This document shows, piece after piece, positions 1-8,582 of a stretch of DNA of 62,983 nucleotides. This stretch comes from Candidatus Zambryskibacteria bacterium RIFOXYC1_FULL_39_10 (lineage in GTDB: Bacteria > Patescibacteriota > Minisyncoccia > Phycocordibacterales > WO2-35-19), in NCBI GenBank assembly GCA_001824275.1, contig MHWW01000009.1, positions 1 through 62,983 on the forward strand, in the 5' to 3' direction. Position numbers and translations under genes: made by a program. Every line of letters begins with the position of its first letter. Position 1 is the first letter of the stretch. The notes under the pieces were generated by a model. That model saw nothing but the letters and a program-made list of their open reading frames with translations. It was not told where the DNA came from and did no database searches.

Positions 1-95
1 TTACTGAGACGAATTAACCTTTTGTTTATCTCTTCTTTCGAAAGTTCCACCTTGACATTATATCATGAAGCGTGGTGAGGGGTGTGGATAGTTAC

Positions 96-122
96 TAATT
101 ACAATGGCCGTCATTGTAATTT
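96..122. repeat. REP-like hairpin, left flank of RAYT-1
   Basis: TAATTACAATGGCCGTCATTGTAATTT; arms AATTACAATG/CATTGTAATT; identical 27-bp copy at 797-823. Confidence 0.9.
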
Positions 123-145
123 TGAAAGTTTGGTATAATCTATAT

Positions 146-799
146 ATGAATAACAGGGATTACAAAGAATTTGCTAAGGGAGAGATTTATCATATTTACA
201 ACAGGGGTGTTGGGAAAATGAATATATTCAAAGACGAGGAGGATTTTAAGGTATTTTTATTTCGTCTTAAAGAAAACCTATTCCCCGAATTAATAAAAAA
301 AGATAACCGACCAAAACTTTCATACAGAAGAAAAATTCTGCCTCCCAAATCTTTTGATTTAATCGCCTATTGTCTAATGCCAAATCATTTTCATTTATTA
401 ATAAAGCAGAATTCTGATATTTCGATAAGCACACTGGTCTTAAAATTATGTGGTGGATTTTCAAAATACTTTAACAAAAAACATGACAGAATCGGCTCAC
501 TTTTCCAGGATAAATTTAAAGCTGTAAAAATTTATAAAAATGATCAACTATTATGGACATCCTTATATATTCATGAAAATCCAATAAAGGCGGGTTTGAC
601 TGATAATTTGTCTGGTTATAAATGGAGTAGTTATTTAGATTATGCAGGATTGCAAAATAACAATCTCTGTAAAAAGGATATAATTTTAGAACAATTTAAT
701 TCTCCAAAAGCATACTTAAATTATTTCAGAGGAACAGAAAGCAAAAAAATTGAAAATAAAATGATTAGTTGTCTTGATTTATTAATTGATAAAGAATAA
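146..799 (+). mobile_element. REP-associated tyrosine transposase (RAYT, Y1/HUH family)
   Basis: YHIYNRG, CLMPNHFHLL (HUH), YIHENP catalytic Tyr, YKWSSY; flanked by direct-repeat hairpins; start moved to ATG 146. Confidence 0.88.
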
Positions 800-823
800 T
801 TACAATGGCCGTCATTGTAATTT
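797..823. repeat. REP-like hairpin, right flank of RAYT-1
   Basis: Identical to 96-122; overlaps the RAYT stop codon. Confidence 0.9.
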
Positions 824-844
824 GAGTTGTGGTATAATAAATAT

Positions 845-2239
845 ATGGATACAGATGTAAACAACCTACTTTCCCTTTTGACAAAATCATCTCTGGGGGA
901 AAAGGAGCTTGTTAAGAAGGCATACGAATTTGCCCAAAAGGCTCACGAGGGACAAAAGCGTCTAAGTGGTGAGCCTTATTTCAATCACCTTTTTGCTACC
1001 GCTAAAAGCATTGCTGAACTTGGTATGGATGCCATTACAGTTTCTGCAGGCCTTTTGCATGACACTCTGGAAGATACCGAAACGAAATCTGAAACAATAG
1101 AAAAAGAATTTGGAAAAGATGTTTTGTTTATTGTAGAGGGTGTTTCTAAGCTTGGTGCTTTAAAATACAGAGGAGCTGATCGCCACAACGAATCCCTTCG
1201 AAAACTTTTACTTGCAACTTCAAAAGATTTAAGAGTTTTAATTGTAAAATTTTGCGACCGACTTCACAATATGAGAACTCTTTATTTTTTACCGCCAGAG
1301 AAACAGGGAAGAATCGCTCGAGAAACCTTAGAGATTTATGCACCAATTGCTTATCGATTGGGTATTAGAAAATTATCTAAAGAGTTGGAGGATTTGTCTT
1401 TCCCCTTTGTTAATAAAGAAGGTTTTAAAGAAATGTCTTCTCTTTTAAAAATTGGTTATGATGATAGATTAGAAAATTTGGAAAAATTCAGGAAATCAGT
1501 AACAAAGGAATTAGCAAAATCTGGTTTTACTAATTTTCATTCTGATTATAGGGTCAAAGGTTTATATAGCTCCTATAAAAAATATTTAAAATTTAAAAAA
1601 GATATAGAAAAAATTTATGATATTTTGGCGATGCGCTTAATAGTTGAAAAAACAGAAGATTGTTATAGAGCATTAGGCATTATTCATGCTTCTTGGCGAC
1701 CACTACCGGGAAGAATAAAAGATTATATTGCTTTCCCTAAACAAAATGGATATCAAAGCTTACACACAACTGTTTTTACTGGAGAGGGAGATTTGGTCGA
1801 GATTCAGATTCGAACGAAAGACATGCACAAAGAAGCAGAATACGGCATAGCTTCACACGCTTTATATAAAACTGAAGGAGAAAAAAACAATAGTAAAAAA
1901 GATGTTACCTCATGGATAAAAAATATTAGCGACCAGGACCCAGCAGATATAAAGCATGATTTTTTAAGTGAACGAATATTTGTCTTCACGCCAAAAGGTG
2001 ATGTAGTTGATTTACCTGTGGGCTCATCTGCCATTGATTTTGCTTATGTAATTCACTCAGATATTGGAGATAAAATGTCAGGTGTCAAAATAAATGGCAA
2101 ACTTTCGCCCCTTGAAAGTATTCTCAAAGAAGGCGACATAATTCAAATTATTACTAGCAAAAATGCTCGCCCAAAACACAAATGGCTCGAATATGCCAAA
2201 ACCTCATTTGCCAAAAGACATATAAGAAATGCTATCTAG
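845..2239 (+). CDS. rel: RelA/SpoT-family (p)ppGpp synthetase/hydrolase, HD+SYNTH+TGS, no ACT domain
   Basis: RLSGEPYFNH, AGLLHDTLED, NGYQSLHTTV, EIQIRT, VFTPKGDVVDLP (TGS). Confidence 0.92.
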   Translation: MDTDVNNLLSLLTKSSLGEKELVKKAYEFAQKAHEGQKRLSGEPYFNHLFATAKSIAELGMDAITVSAGLLHDTLEDTETKSETIEKEFGKDVLFIVEGVSKLGALKYRGADRHNESLRKLLLATSKDLRVLIVKFCDRLHNMRTLYFLPPEKQGRIARETLEIYAPIAYRLGIRKLSKELEDLSFPFVNKEGFKEMSSLLKIGYDDRLENLEKFRKSVTKELAKSGFTNFHSDYRVKGLYSSYKKYLKFKKDIEKIYDILAMRLIVEKTEDCYRALGIIHASWRPLPGRIKDYIAFPKQNGYQSLHTTVFTGEGDLVEIQIRTKDMHKEAEYGIASHALYKTEGEKNNSKKDVTSWIKNISDQDPADIKHDFLSERIFVFTPKGDVVDLPVGSSAIDFAYVIHSDIGDKMSGVKINGKLSPLESILKEGDIIQIITSKNARPKHKWLEYAKTSFAKRHIRNAI

Positions 2240-3201
2240 ACACTAAAATTTTTAATAGAATACAAATCTTCTTCTTCAATTGGAGTATCATTTGCTATTT
2301 TAACTTCTTCTGGAGTTCTATCATCAATTCCCGCCTCTATTTTTTCATCCCCCTGTCTACTGTTTTGAAGCATCTTTAGAATATCTTCCAAATCGTCATT
2401 AGAGAAAAATTCAATCATTAATTTGCCGCCGTTTTCTTTCTTTTCAATTCTCACTCTAGTTCCTAAACTTTCGGCAAATTTCTCCTCCAAAGCACAAATT
2501 TCTGGGTCTACTGATGCGTTAAATTTCCGCACTCTTTCAATTGCAATTTTGCGAGCCGCTACTTCAGCTTCACGCACATTCATTTTGCGAATCATTATAT
2601 CTTGGAAAAGAACTTTTTGTTCTTCTGGTCTGTCAATGAGCATTAAAAGCGGCCTTGTATGTCCCTCATTTATTTTACCCTCCGAAAGGGCCGTGAGCAT
2701 CTCGTCAGGTAAATCCAAAATGCGCATCGTGTTGGTTACGTAAACTCGACTCTTGCCTATTTTCAGAGCAATCTGGTGATGTTTAAAACCAAACTGATCT
2801 GCTAATTTTTTGAAAGCTTTGGCCCGTTCTACTGGGTTTAAATCTTCTCTTTGGACATTTTCAATAATCGCTAACTCTAATTTCATTAAATCGTCTCGAT
2901 TGTCATCTCCCTCGCCCATACGAATAATCACTGGTACCTGAGAAAGGCCTGCCATTTTAGAAGCGCGCAAGCGACGTTCACCGGCGATAAGCTCATATTC
3001 AACCCCCAGACCATCTTCTTTAATCACCTCTTTGCGAGTAACCACGAGCGCCTGCAATACTCCGTACTGTTTGATTGATTCGGCTAAAGCCTTTAGAGCT
3101 TCTTCGTCAAATTCGCGCCTAGGCTGAAAAGGGTTGGGTTTGATCTTATCCACTTCTACCCAAAATATTGAGTTTTGATAAAAATTTGCAGTATTGGACA
3201 T
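2236..3201 (-). CDS. parB: ParB/Spo0J chromosome partitioning protein
   Basis: IKPNPFQPRREF, ELIAGERRLRAS, IIENVQREDLNP, HTH region. Confidence 0.93.
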   Translation of the reverse strand: MSNTANFYQNSIFWVEVDKIKPNPFQPRREFDEEALKALAESIKQYGVLQALVVTRKEVIKEDGLGVEYELIAGERRLRASKMAGLSQVPVIIRMGEGDDNRDDLMKLELAIIENVQREDLNPVERAKAFKKLADQFGFKHHQIALKIGKSRVYVTNTMRILDLPDEMLTALSEGKINEGHTRPLLMLIDRPEEQKVLFQDIMIRKMNVREAEVAARKIAIERVRKFNASVDPEICALEEKFAESLGTRVRIEKKENGGKLMIEFFSNDDLEDILKMLQNSRQGDEKIEAGIDDRTPEEVKIANDTPIEEEDLYSIKNFSV

Positions 3202-3284
3202 ATGCTTATTTTACATTACAATCTAAATAAATAAAAGATTAAAATTTTGATTTTGGTGGATATTTAGGGTATATTTTACTTATT

Positions 3285-3365
3285 GCCGGAGTGGCGGAAT
3301 GGTAGACGCGCACGACTCAAAATCGTGTCTCGCAAGGGGTGAGAGTTCAAGTCTCTCCTCCGGCA
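3285..3365 (+). tRNA. tRNA-Leu(CAA)
   Basis: GCCGGAG/CTCCGGC acceptor stem, anticodon loop CT-CAA-AA, long variable arm, TTCAAGT loop; CCA not encoded. Confidence 0.93.
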
Positions 3366-3426
3366 CAAATAGATACAAAGGATCGAGATTTATATATATT
3401 AGAGAAAAATAATTTTATTATAAAAT

Positions 3427-4149
3427 ATGCAAAGATTTTTTATAAAAATTTTAGCGGGTTGGCTTATTTTATCCTCTTTTGTAATTACGTTATTAAATTT
3501 TAATAATGAGATTGGTCGAGCAAGACTTTTCATGGCCTGGGGTCTTATTTTGATTTGGGTAGTTTTGGGTGGTTATATTATGTATAAATATAAAGATACT
3601 TTTAAAAGTATTTTTGAAAAAATACCGGGTAAATGGACAATCAAATTTTTTCTATTTTGTGTAGTATTAGCTCTTATTGAAGAAGCCGTTGCGACTCTCC
3701 TAACAAATATGGCTCCAGTTTTTGGAGCTCAAATTGGAGAAGCTTATATTACCGCTAGTACCAATTTTCTCCAAGTAGTATTGCATCATAGCGTAATAAT
3801 TTTCTTGCCTTTTTTTATTGCTTGGGTTTGGCTCCTAAAAAGATACGACTTTTCAGCCAATCAGGCCTTCTGGTTTTTTGGTATCACTGGCACTTTAGCT
3901 GAAGCAGTTTCTTTTGGAAATATAGCAGAATTTGGTTTATGGATATTTGTATATGGATTAATGATTTATTTGCCAACGTATTGTATTCCAAAAGATAGAG
4001 GGGCCAAACCAGTGAGGATATGGCACTATCCGCTTGTAATTGTTGCTCCAATTTTCTTTCTTTTATGTTTGTTCGTTTTGGCTTCTTTGTGGAAAGGAAT
4101 CGGTTTGCCTACTATCCCAAATTTCGGCACAGATTTAATAAATAGATGA
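3427..4149 (+). CDS. Hypothetical multi-pass membrane protein
   Basis: 240 aa, several hydrophobic segments; stop overlaps the ATG of the miaA fragment (ATGA). Confidence 0.7.
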   Translation: MQRFFIKILAGWLILSSFVITLLNFNNEIGRARLFMAWGLILIWVVLGGYIMYKYKDTFKSIFEKIPGKWTIKFFLFCVVLALIEEAVATLLTNMAPVFGAQIGEAYITASTNFLQVVLHHSVIIFLPFFIAWVWLLKRYDFSANQAFWFFGITGTLAEAVSFGNIAEFGLWIFVYGLMIYLPTYCIPKDRGAKPVRIWHYPLVIVAPIFFLLCLFVLASLWKGIGLPTIPNFGTDLINR

Positions 4150-4283
4150 ATAATCACAAATTAATAGTAATCCTCGGACCAACAGCAAGTGGTAAAAGTG
4201 ATATCGCAGTTGCTCTTGCTAAAAAATTTGAAGGTGAAATTATATCGGCTGATTCTAGACAAAATAAAAAAGGAAGTTTATAA
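4146..4283 (+). pseudogene. Truncated 5' copy of miaA (45 codons)
   Basis: [39 protein letters not shown] then NKKGSL*; contains the 87-bp repeat. Confidence 0.85.
4176..4262 (+). repeat. 87-bp perfect direct repeat, copy 1
   Basis: GGACCAACAGCAAG...GATTCTAGACAA identical to 5864-5950. Confidence 0.95.
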
Positions 4284-4413
4284 ACACTTCAAAGGAACAG
4301 AGGTTGAAGTAATTGGTATTGCTTTACATAGCGAAACCGAGGAACTCATGGTTGTTTATAATCATCCTGATCCAGTAAAAGGAAAAGAAAAAATAAGCTC
4401 CAAAATATTTTAA
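4263..4413 (+). pseudogene. DUF1653-like gene remnant
   Basis: [28 protein letters not shown] resembles DUF1653; no native start, C-terminus appears cut. Confidence 0.65.
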
Positions 4414-4415
4414 TA

Positions 4416-4443
4416 TTGACAATTAATTCTAAGTGAATAGACT
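4416..4443 (+). promoter_or_regulatory. sigma70-type promoter of the ncRNA-RT unit
   Basis: TTGACA(4416-4421)-N16-TAGACT(4438-4443). Confidence 0.6.
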
Positions 4444-4499
4444 GGTATCAGCTTAGTACGCCGTAGCCTTTGAGCGACCAGTCACAGATTGGTAGCCAC

Positions 4500-4804
4500 G
4501 GTCTAGGGAGAGGCGCCTATAAACGGTGAAAAAATTGGTAACAGTATTAAGCGATTCACAATTCCGTTACTTTGTGGTAACGGAAAGGAATCTGCGAAAG
4601 CAGAATTTCCATTTGGTTCGCAAGAAAATGCGATTCCCAATATCAACAAGAGTAACTCTGAATGTCCGCCACCCATGTGACGGATCGGGATCCAGATTTC
4701 TTTGAAATTTTGGATTCCAAGTAAACCGATCTCGGTTCCCCTCCTTGGGCATCGATGGTCCGAACCTTTCAGACGAACCCCATGTTGCCTCCTCTCCCTA
4801 GACC
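4500..4804 (+). ncRNA. Putative retron-like (msr-msd) structured RNA
   Basis: Perfect 14-bp inverted repeat GGTCTAGGGAGAGG (4500-4513)/CCTCTCCCTAGACC (4791-4804) enclosing hairpins 4562-4585, 4587-4610 (GAAA loop), 4665-4684, 4688-4718, 4724-4737; lies directly upstream of the RT. Confidence 0.75.
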
Positions 4805-4835
4805 CGCTGAAATCAAACGCTAAAGAAAGGTTAGT

Positions 4836-5786
4836 ATGTTCATTGACATTAAGGAATTCCTAGAAATTCACGATGATCCTCGTTTTGATAAGTATACCTT
4901 AAGGGATGTAAATCCAGTGAGTAAACATATTAAAACAAGGGAAATATCAAACCCAAATAAATCGATGAGAGAAATTCATCGAAGGATAATTCAGGCGGTC
5001 AAAGATGTCTACCTTGACTCGTCCAACCACTTTTCATCCACACACCAAAATGCCGATCGTCACAACAGCAGTCGTTTTTTCTATCAGACTGACCTAATGC
5101 ACGCTTATGCGAGTGTGCCACTTGAAGGGCTTGTTACAATTCTCTCTTCACTAAAACCAACGTGGGGAACAAAAAATGTCAGAGAGATCCTTACCACCTA
5201 CTGCTTTGATGAAAGTGGCGCAGGACTCATTGTGGGTGCACCAGCATCACCAATTTTGTTTAATATCTACGCGTGGCAAACGCTAGATATTCCACTTTTG
5301 GAATTTTGGCCTTACATGAATGATGAGGGTCAAATATTTCGCAAGTTCTACACCAGATATTTGGACGATTTAACATTCTCTTCGCCCGAACCAATTACCG
5401 ACAGTATCCGCCGGTCAATTCGACGGGTAGTCGAACAGGCTGGATTTCAGATCAACCATCGAAAATCAACTGTCCGTGATCTGAAAAAAGGTCCAGTTGT
5501 TATTACGGGTGTCGGGTTAGAATATAGACCACGCAGAAGCGCTAGACTTTTTTTGCCCCGCCATTACCTAAAGAGAATGAATGGATTACTTCATCTCGCC
5601 CTGAAGGGAGATCCTCGAGTAAGCCACTCAGAAATCGAAGGTTTGATGGGTGTTTTTTATGGAGTATTGGGTCGTAAACACCGACAATCACACCAATCCA
5701 CCAAACTCAATGCAACCGAAAGTAGATTTCTTGAAATGTATGGAGCTTATAGAGCTCAATACGAACGCGCCACCAATCGTAAATGA
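4836..5786 (+). CDS. Retron-type reverse transcriptase
   Basis: YLDD (5358-5369), NADRH (NAxxH region X), DLMHAYASV, VGAPASPILFN, GFQINHRKS, ITG (VTG-like region Y); AAGAAAGG RBS upstream; no maturase/endonuclease domain recognisable. Confidence 0.88.
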   Translation: MFIDIKEFLEIHDDPRFDKYTLRDVNPVSKHIKTREISNPNKSMREIHRRIIQAVKDVYLDSSNHFSSTHQNADRHNSSRFFYQTDLMHAYASVPLEGLVTILSSLKPTWGTKNVREILTTYCFDESGAGLIVGAPASPILFNIYAWQTLDIPLLEFWPYMNDEGQIFRKFYTRYLDDLTFSSPEPITDSIRRSIRRVVEQAGFQINHRKSTVRDLKKGPVVITGVGLEYRPRRSARLFLPRHYLKRMNGLLHLALKGDPRVSHSEIEGLMGVFYGVLGRKHRQSHQSTKLNATESRFLEMYGAYRAQYERATNRK

Positions 5787-5804
5787 TAGGTGGCGTTTCT
5801 TTTT
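5768..5804 (+). terminator. Intrinsic terminator ending the RT unit
   Basis: CGCCACC/GGTGGCG stem spanning the stop codon, followed by TTTCTTTTT. Confidence 0.7.
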
Positions 5805-5839
5805 ATATCAATATTTTTATTTATGGTATATTTGACATT

Positions 5840-6769
5840 ATGCAAAAATTAATTGTCATATTAGGACCAACAGCAAGTGGTAAAAGTGATATCGCAGTTG
5901 CTCTTGCTAAAAAATTTGAAGGTGAAATTATATCGGCTGATTCTAGACAAGTTTATAAGGGTCTCAATATTGGTACTGGCAAAATTACAAAAAAAGAAAT
6001 GAAGGGTGTGAAGCATCACCTACTTGATGTCGTCAATCCAAAAAAACGTTTTACTGCTTCTGATTTTGTCAGACTAACAAATTTGACGGTCGTCCAAATT
6101 GTTAGCCGAGGTAAGGTGCCGATTGTTTGCGGTGGTACCGGATTTTATATTGATGCTTTACTTGGCGACAAACAAATCCCTGAAGTGCCCCCAAATCCTA
6201 AACTTCGGGGAAAATTAGAGAAGAAAAGTGCATCAGAACTCTTTGAAATTTTGAAAAAACTTGATCCAGTGAGAGCTTCAAACATTGACGCTAAAAATCC
6301 GAGAAGGCTAGTGAGAGCGATTGAAATATGCAGAGCACTTGGTAGAGTACCCAAGTTGCAAATCGAAAATTCTAAATCCGAAATACGAAACAAATTCGAA
6401 ATAATAAAAATAGGAGTAAAAATTTCGAATGAAGAGTTAAAAAAGAGGGTAAATAAAAGGATAGAAAAATGGTTTAGGATGGGGCTTTTAAAAGAAGTTC
6501 AGAATTTACATAAAAATGGTTTGTCTTGGAAAAGAATGGGAGAAATCGGTTTGGAATATAAAATTGTTTCCCTTTTTCTTCAGAACAAAATATCAAAATC
6601 TGAGATGATTGAGAGAATGCAAATCGAAACTTATCAATACGCCAAACGCCAAATTACATGGTTTAAACGCGACAAAAATATTGTTTGGCGGGCCCACTCC
6701 GACTCGAACGGAGAACTTCCCTTTTGGAGAGGGAAATTATACCATTTAACTATAGGCCCATTTTCATAA
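5840..6769 (+). CDS. miaA: tRNA (adenosine(37)-N6)-dimethylallyltransferase
   Basis: [38 protein letters not shown]; C-terminus runs antisense through tRNA-Trp. Confidence 0.95.
   Translation: MQKLIVILGPTASGKSDIAVALAKKFEGEIISADSRQVYKGLNIGTGKITKKEMKGVKHHLLDVVNPKKRFTASDFVRLTNLTVVQIVSRGKVPIVCGGTGFYIDALLGDKQIPEVPPNPKLRGKLEKKSASELFEILKKLDPVRASNIDAKNPRRLVRAIEICRALGRVPKLQIENSKSEIRNKFEIIKIGVKISNEELKKRVNKRIEKWFRMGLLKEVQNLHKNGLSWKRMGEIGLEYKIVSLFLQNKISKSEMIERMQIETYQYAKRQITWFKRDKNIVWRAHSDSNGELPFWRGKLYHLTIGPFS
5864..5950 (+). repeat. 87-bp perfect direct repeat, copy 2 (in miaA)
   Basis: Identical to 4176-4262. Confidence 0.95.
6686..6759 (-). tRNA. tRNA-Trp(CCA)
   Basis: GGGCCTA/TGGGCCC acceptor stem, TCCCT-CTCCAAA-AGGGA anticodon arm, TTCGAGT loop, G73, CCA encoded. 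Confidence 0.9.
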
Positions 6770-7406
6770 ATTGGACAGCTACTGCTTTCAATTCTCTAGC
6801 AATCTTTGCGCTTCCATATCTAACACTTACACACCCCGGATATCCTTCTTTTTTGTATAAACCAGAGGTGGGTTTAAGATATGGCTTAATAAATTGCTCT
6901 ACTGGAATATTAGTTGTTTTTGACCAAAATTTCAACTGTTTCTTGGGGTTATGATAAGAATGTAAATGAACACCAACACTAAATTTTTTTTCATTTAAAT
7001 CAAAAGATTTTCTAAATATAGACAAGAAAAAGCGCACTAAATCTGGATCAGAATTTGTAAAAGATAAACCCTTTCTCACGTCTTTACTACCTTCACAATA
7101 ATAAATAAAAGCGCACAATATTTGTGCCACATTCTTGTTATAGACAAGCTTGGAAATTATTTCATCAGCAATATCAATTGCATTGCTTTCTTTGATCACC
7201 GTTTGAGCTCTTTTTGCTTTCTGTGAAGCCAACTGCCCAATCGTTATTCTGGTTAACAATCTCTTTTCTGCAGTTTTAGAAAGTGAAATATTCCTCACCC
7301 ATACTGAAGCTGAACCTTTTGCAATATGCAAAATTTCCACTATTTCATTCAATGAATAACCTTTTTTGCGTAATTCAACTGCTGCAAACCGTTCTTTTAA
7401 TTTCAT
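6750..7406 (-). CDS. N-terminal HTH + LAGLIDADG-like nuclease-fold protein
   Basis: LRKKGYSLNEIVEIL (HTH), YYCEGSK..FTNSDP, LHSYH, FWSKTTNIP pattern; stop codon lies inside the tRNA-Trp 5' end. Confidence 0.6.
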   Translation of the reverse strand: MKLKERFAAVELRKKGYSLNEIVEILHIAKGSASVWVRNISLSKTAEKRLLTRITIGQLASQKAKRAQTVIKESNAIDIADEIISKLVYNKNVAQILCAFIYYCEGSKDVRKGLSFTNSDPDLVRFFLSIFRKSFDLNEKKFSVGVHLHSYHNPKKQLKFWSKTTNIPVEQFIKPYLKPTSGLYKKEGYPGCVSVRYGSAKIARELKAVAVQFMKMGL

Positions 7407-7514
7407 ATTTGAACCATCAAAATATCTTATGGTAAGTACTTATTATATACCAAATTAATAAATATTTTCTGATTCTATGTGTATAACAAAATAGCCGATG
7501 AGGCTATTTTTGTT

Positions 7515-7670
7515 TTATTTCTTTGCTTCTTTGAAAACTACTCTTTTGCGGAGCTTTTTTGAGTATTTTTTGAGTTCAATTTTGCGTTCAACTTTGCGTT
7601 TGTTTTTACGTGTAAAATAAACCTCTCCGGTTCCTTTGTTGACTAGTCTAATTAATTGATCTTGTGACAT
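7515..7670 (-). CDS. rpmG: 50S ribosomal protein L33 (no zinc cysteines)
   Basis: YFTRKNKRK..RKIELKKYSKKLRKRVVFKE. Confidence 0.9.
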   Translation of the reverse strand: MSQDQLIRLVNKGTGEVYFTRKNKRKVERKIELKKYSKKLRKRVVFKEAKK

Positions 7671-7707
7671 AGGCAAAATACTAACATAAAAGAAAATCTG
7701 AGGCAAG

Positions 7708-8544
7708 CTACTCAGGTACTGCAATATAAGCCTTAAATTTAGCTATTAAATCTTTAGTTACTGGCCCAACTTCCCCACCACCAACCTCAAAATCGTCTAT
7801 TTTAACAATCGGCACAATATCCTTAAAAGAAGATGTGATAAACACTTCGTCAGCAGTCTTCAATTCTTCTTCTGCCACTGGCCTTTCTTCAATCTTATAT
7901 TTTCCATCACAGAGTTCCATTATAACTTTGCGAGTAATACCTTTTAAAATATTTTCAGATGGAGTAATCAGATTTTTATTTTTTACTATAAAAAAATTTG
8001 AAGTGGCACATTCTAAAACTTCACCATCAAAAGTATAAAGTATTTCTACCGCCTTTTCCTCTTTACGAAAATTTTGTAAGACAGTAGCTCTAATATAATT
8101 TGTGGTCTTATACTCAGCCAATTCCCTTTTGTGAGTGTAGGTGACAAGTTTGGCACCATTTTGATAATAATCTGGAGGCAAAGATTCCCATTTTTCGGTC
8201 AAAATATAAAATGTTGGATTTTCAAAATCATATTCAATACCGCCCAAAGTCTCTCCGCCAGTTAATATCATTCTGATATTGGCTCGCTCCATTAGTCCAT
8301 TTTTTTCTAAAAGTTCCATAATTATTTTCTCCGCTTTTTCTTCAGTAATTGGAATATTTAAATTGAGAATATGAGCGCCAGAAACAAAACGATTCCAATG
8401 GTCTACAAAACGAAATGGCCTACCTTTAAAAGCAGCCATGCCATCGTAAATACCGTAACCACGCAAAAGCCCTATGTCCGATAGTGACACTTTTGCTTCC
8501 TCAGCCGGCAACACCTTCCCGTTTAAAAAACAATATTGAGTCAT
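7708..8544 (-). CDS. Class IV PLP aminotransferase (D-amino acid/branched-chain type)
   Basis: DIGLLRGYGIY, KTTNY, ECATSNFF, ILKGITR, DEVFITSS. Confidence 0.88.
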   Translation of the reverse strand: MTQYCFLNGKVLPAEEAKVSLSDIGLLRGYGIYDGMAAFKGRPFRFVDHWNRFVSGAHILNLNIPITEEKAEKIIMELLEKNGLMERANIRMILTGGETLGGIEYDFENPTFYILTEKWESLPPDYYQNGAKLVTYTHKRELAEYKTTNYIRATVLQNFRKEEKAVEILYTFDGEVLECATSNFFIVKNKNLITPSENILKGITRKVIMELCDGKYKIEERPVAEEELKTADEVFITSSFKDIVPIVKIDDFEVGGGEVGPVTKDLIAKFKAYIAVPE

Positions 8545-8582
8545 AAGTTTATATTATATTAAAAAATCATAAATCGCTATTA

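Noticed and set aside
4414-5840. Group II intron
   Set aside because: No GTGYG 5' end or domain V/VI seen after the ORF, no maturase X domain, and a terminator directly follows the RT.
4176-5950. RT plus 87-bp repeat pair as a diversity-generating retroelement (TR/VR)
   Set aside because: The repeats are identical, flanking differences are not adenine-specific, the RT has SP rather than SQ plus retron NAxxH/VTG-like motifs, and no Avd-like gene or C-terminal target is present.
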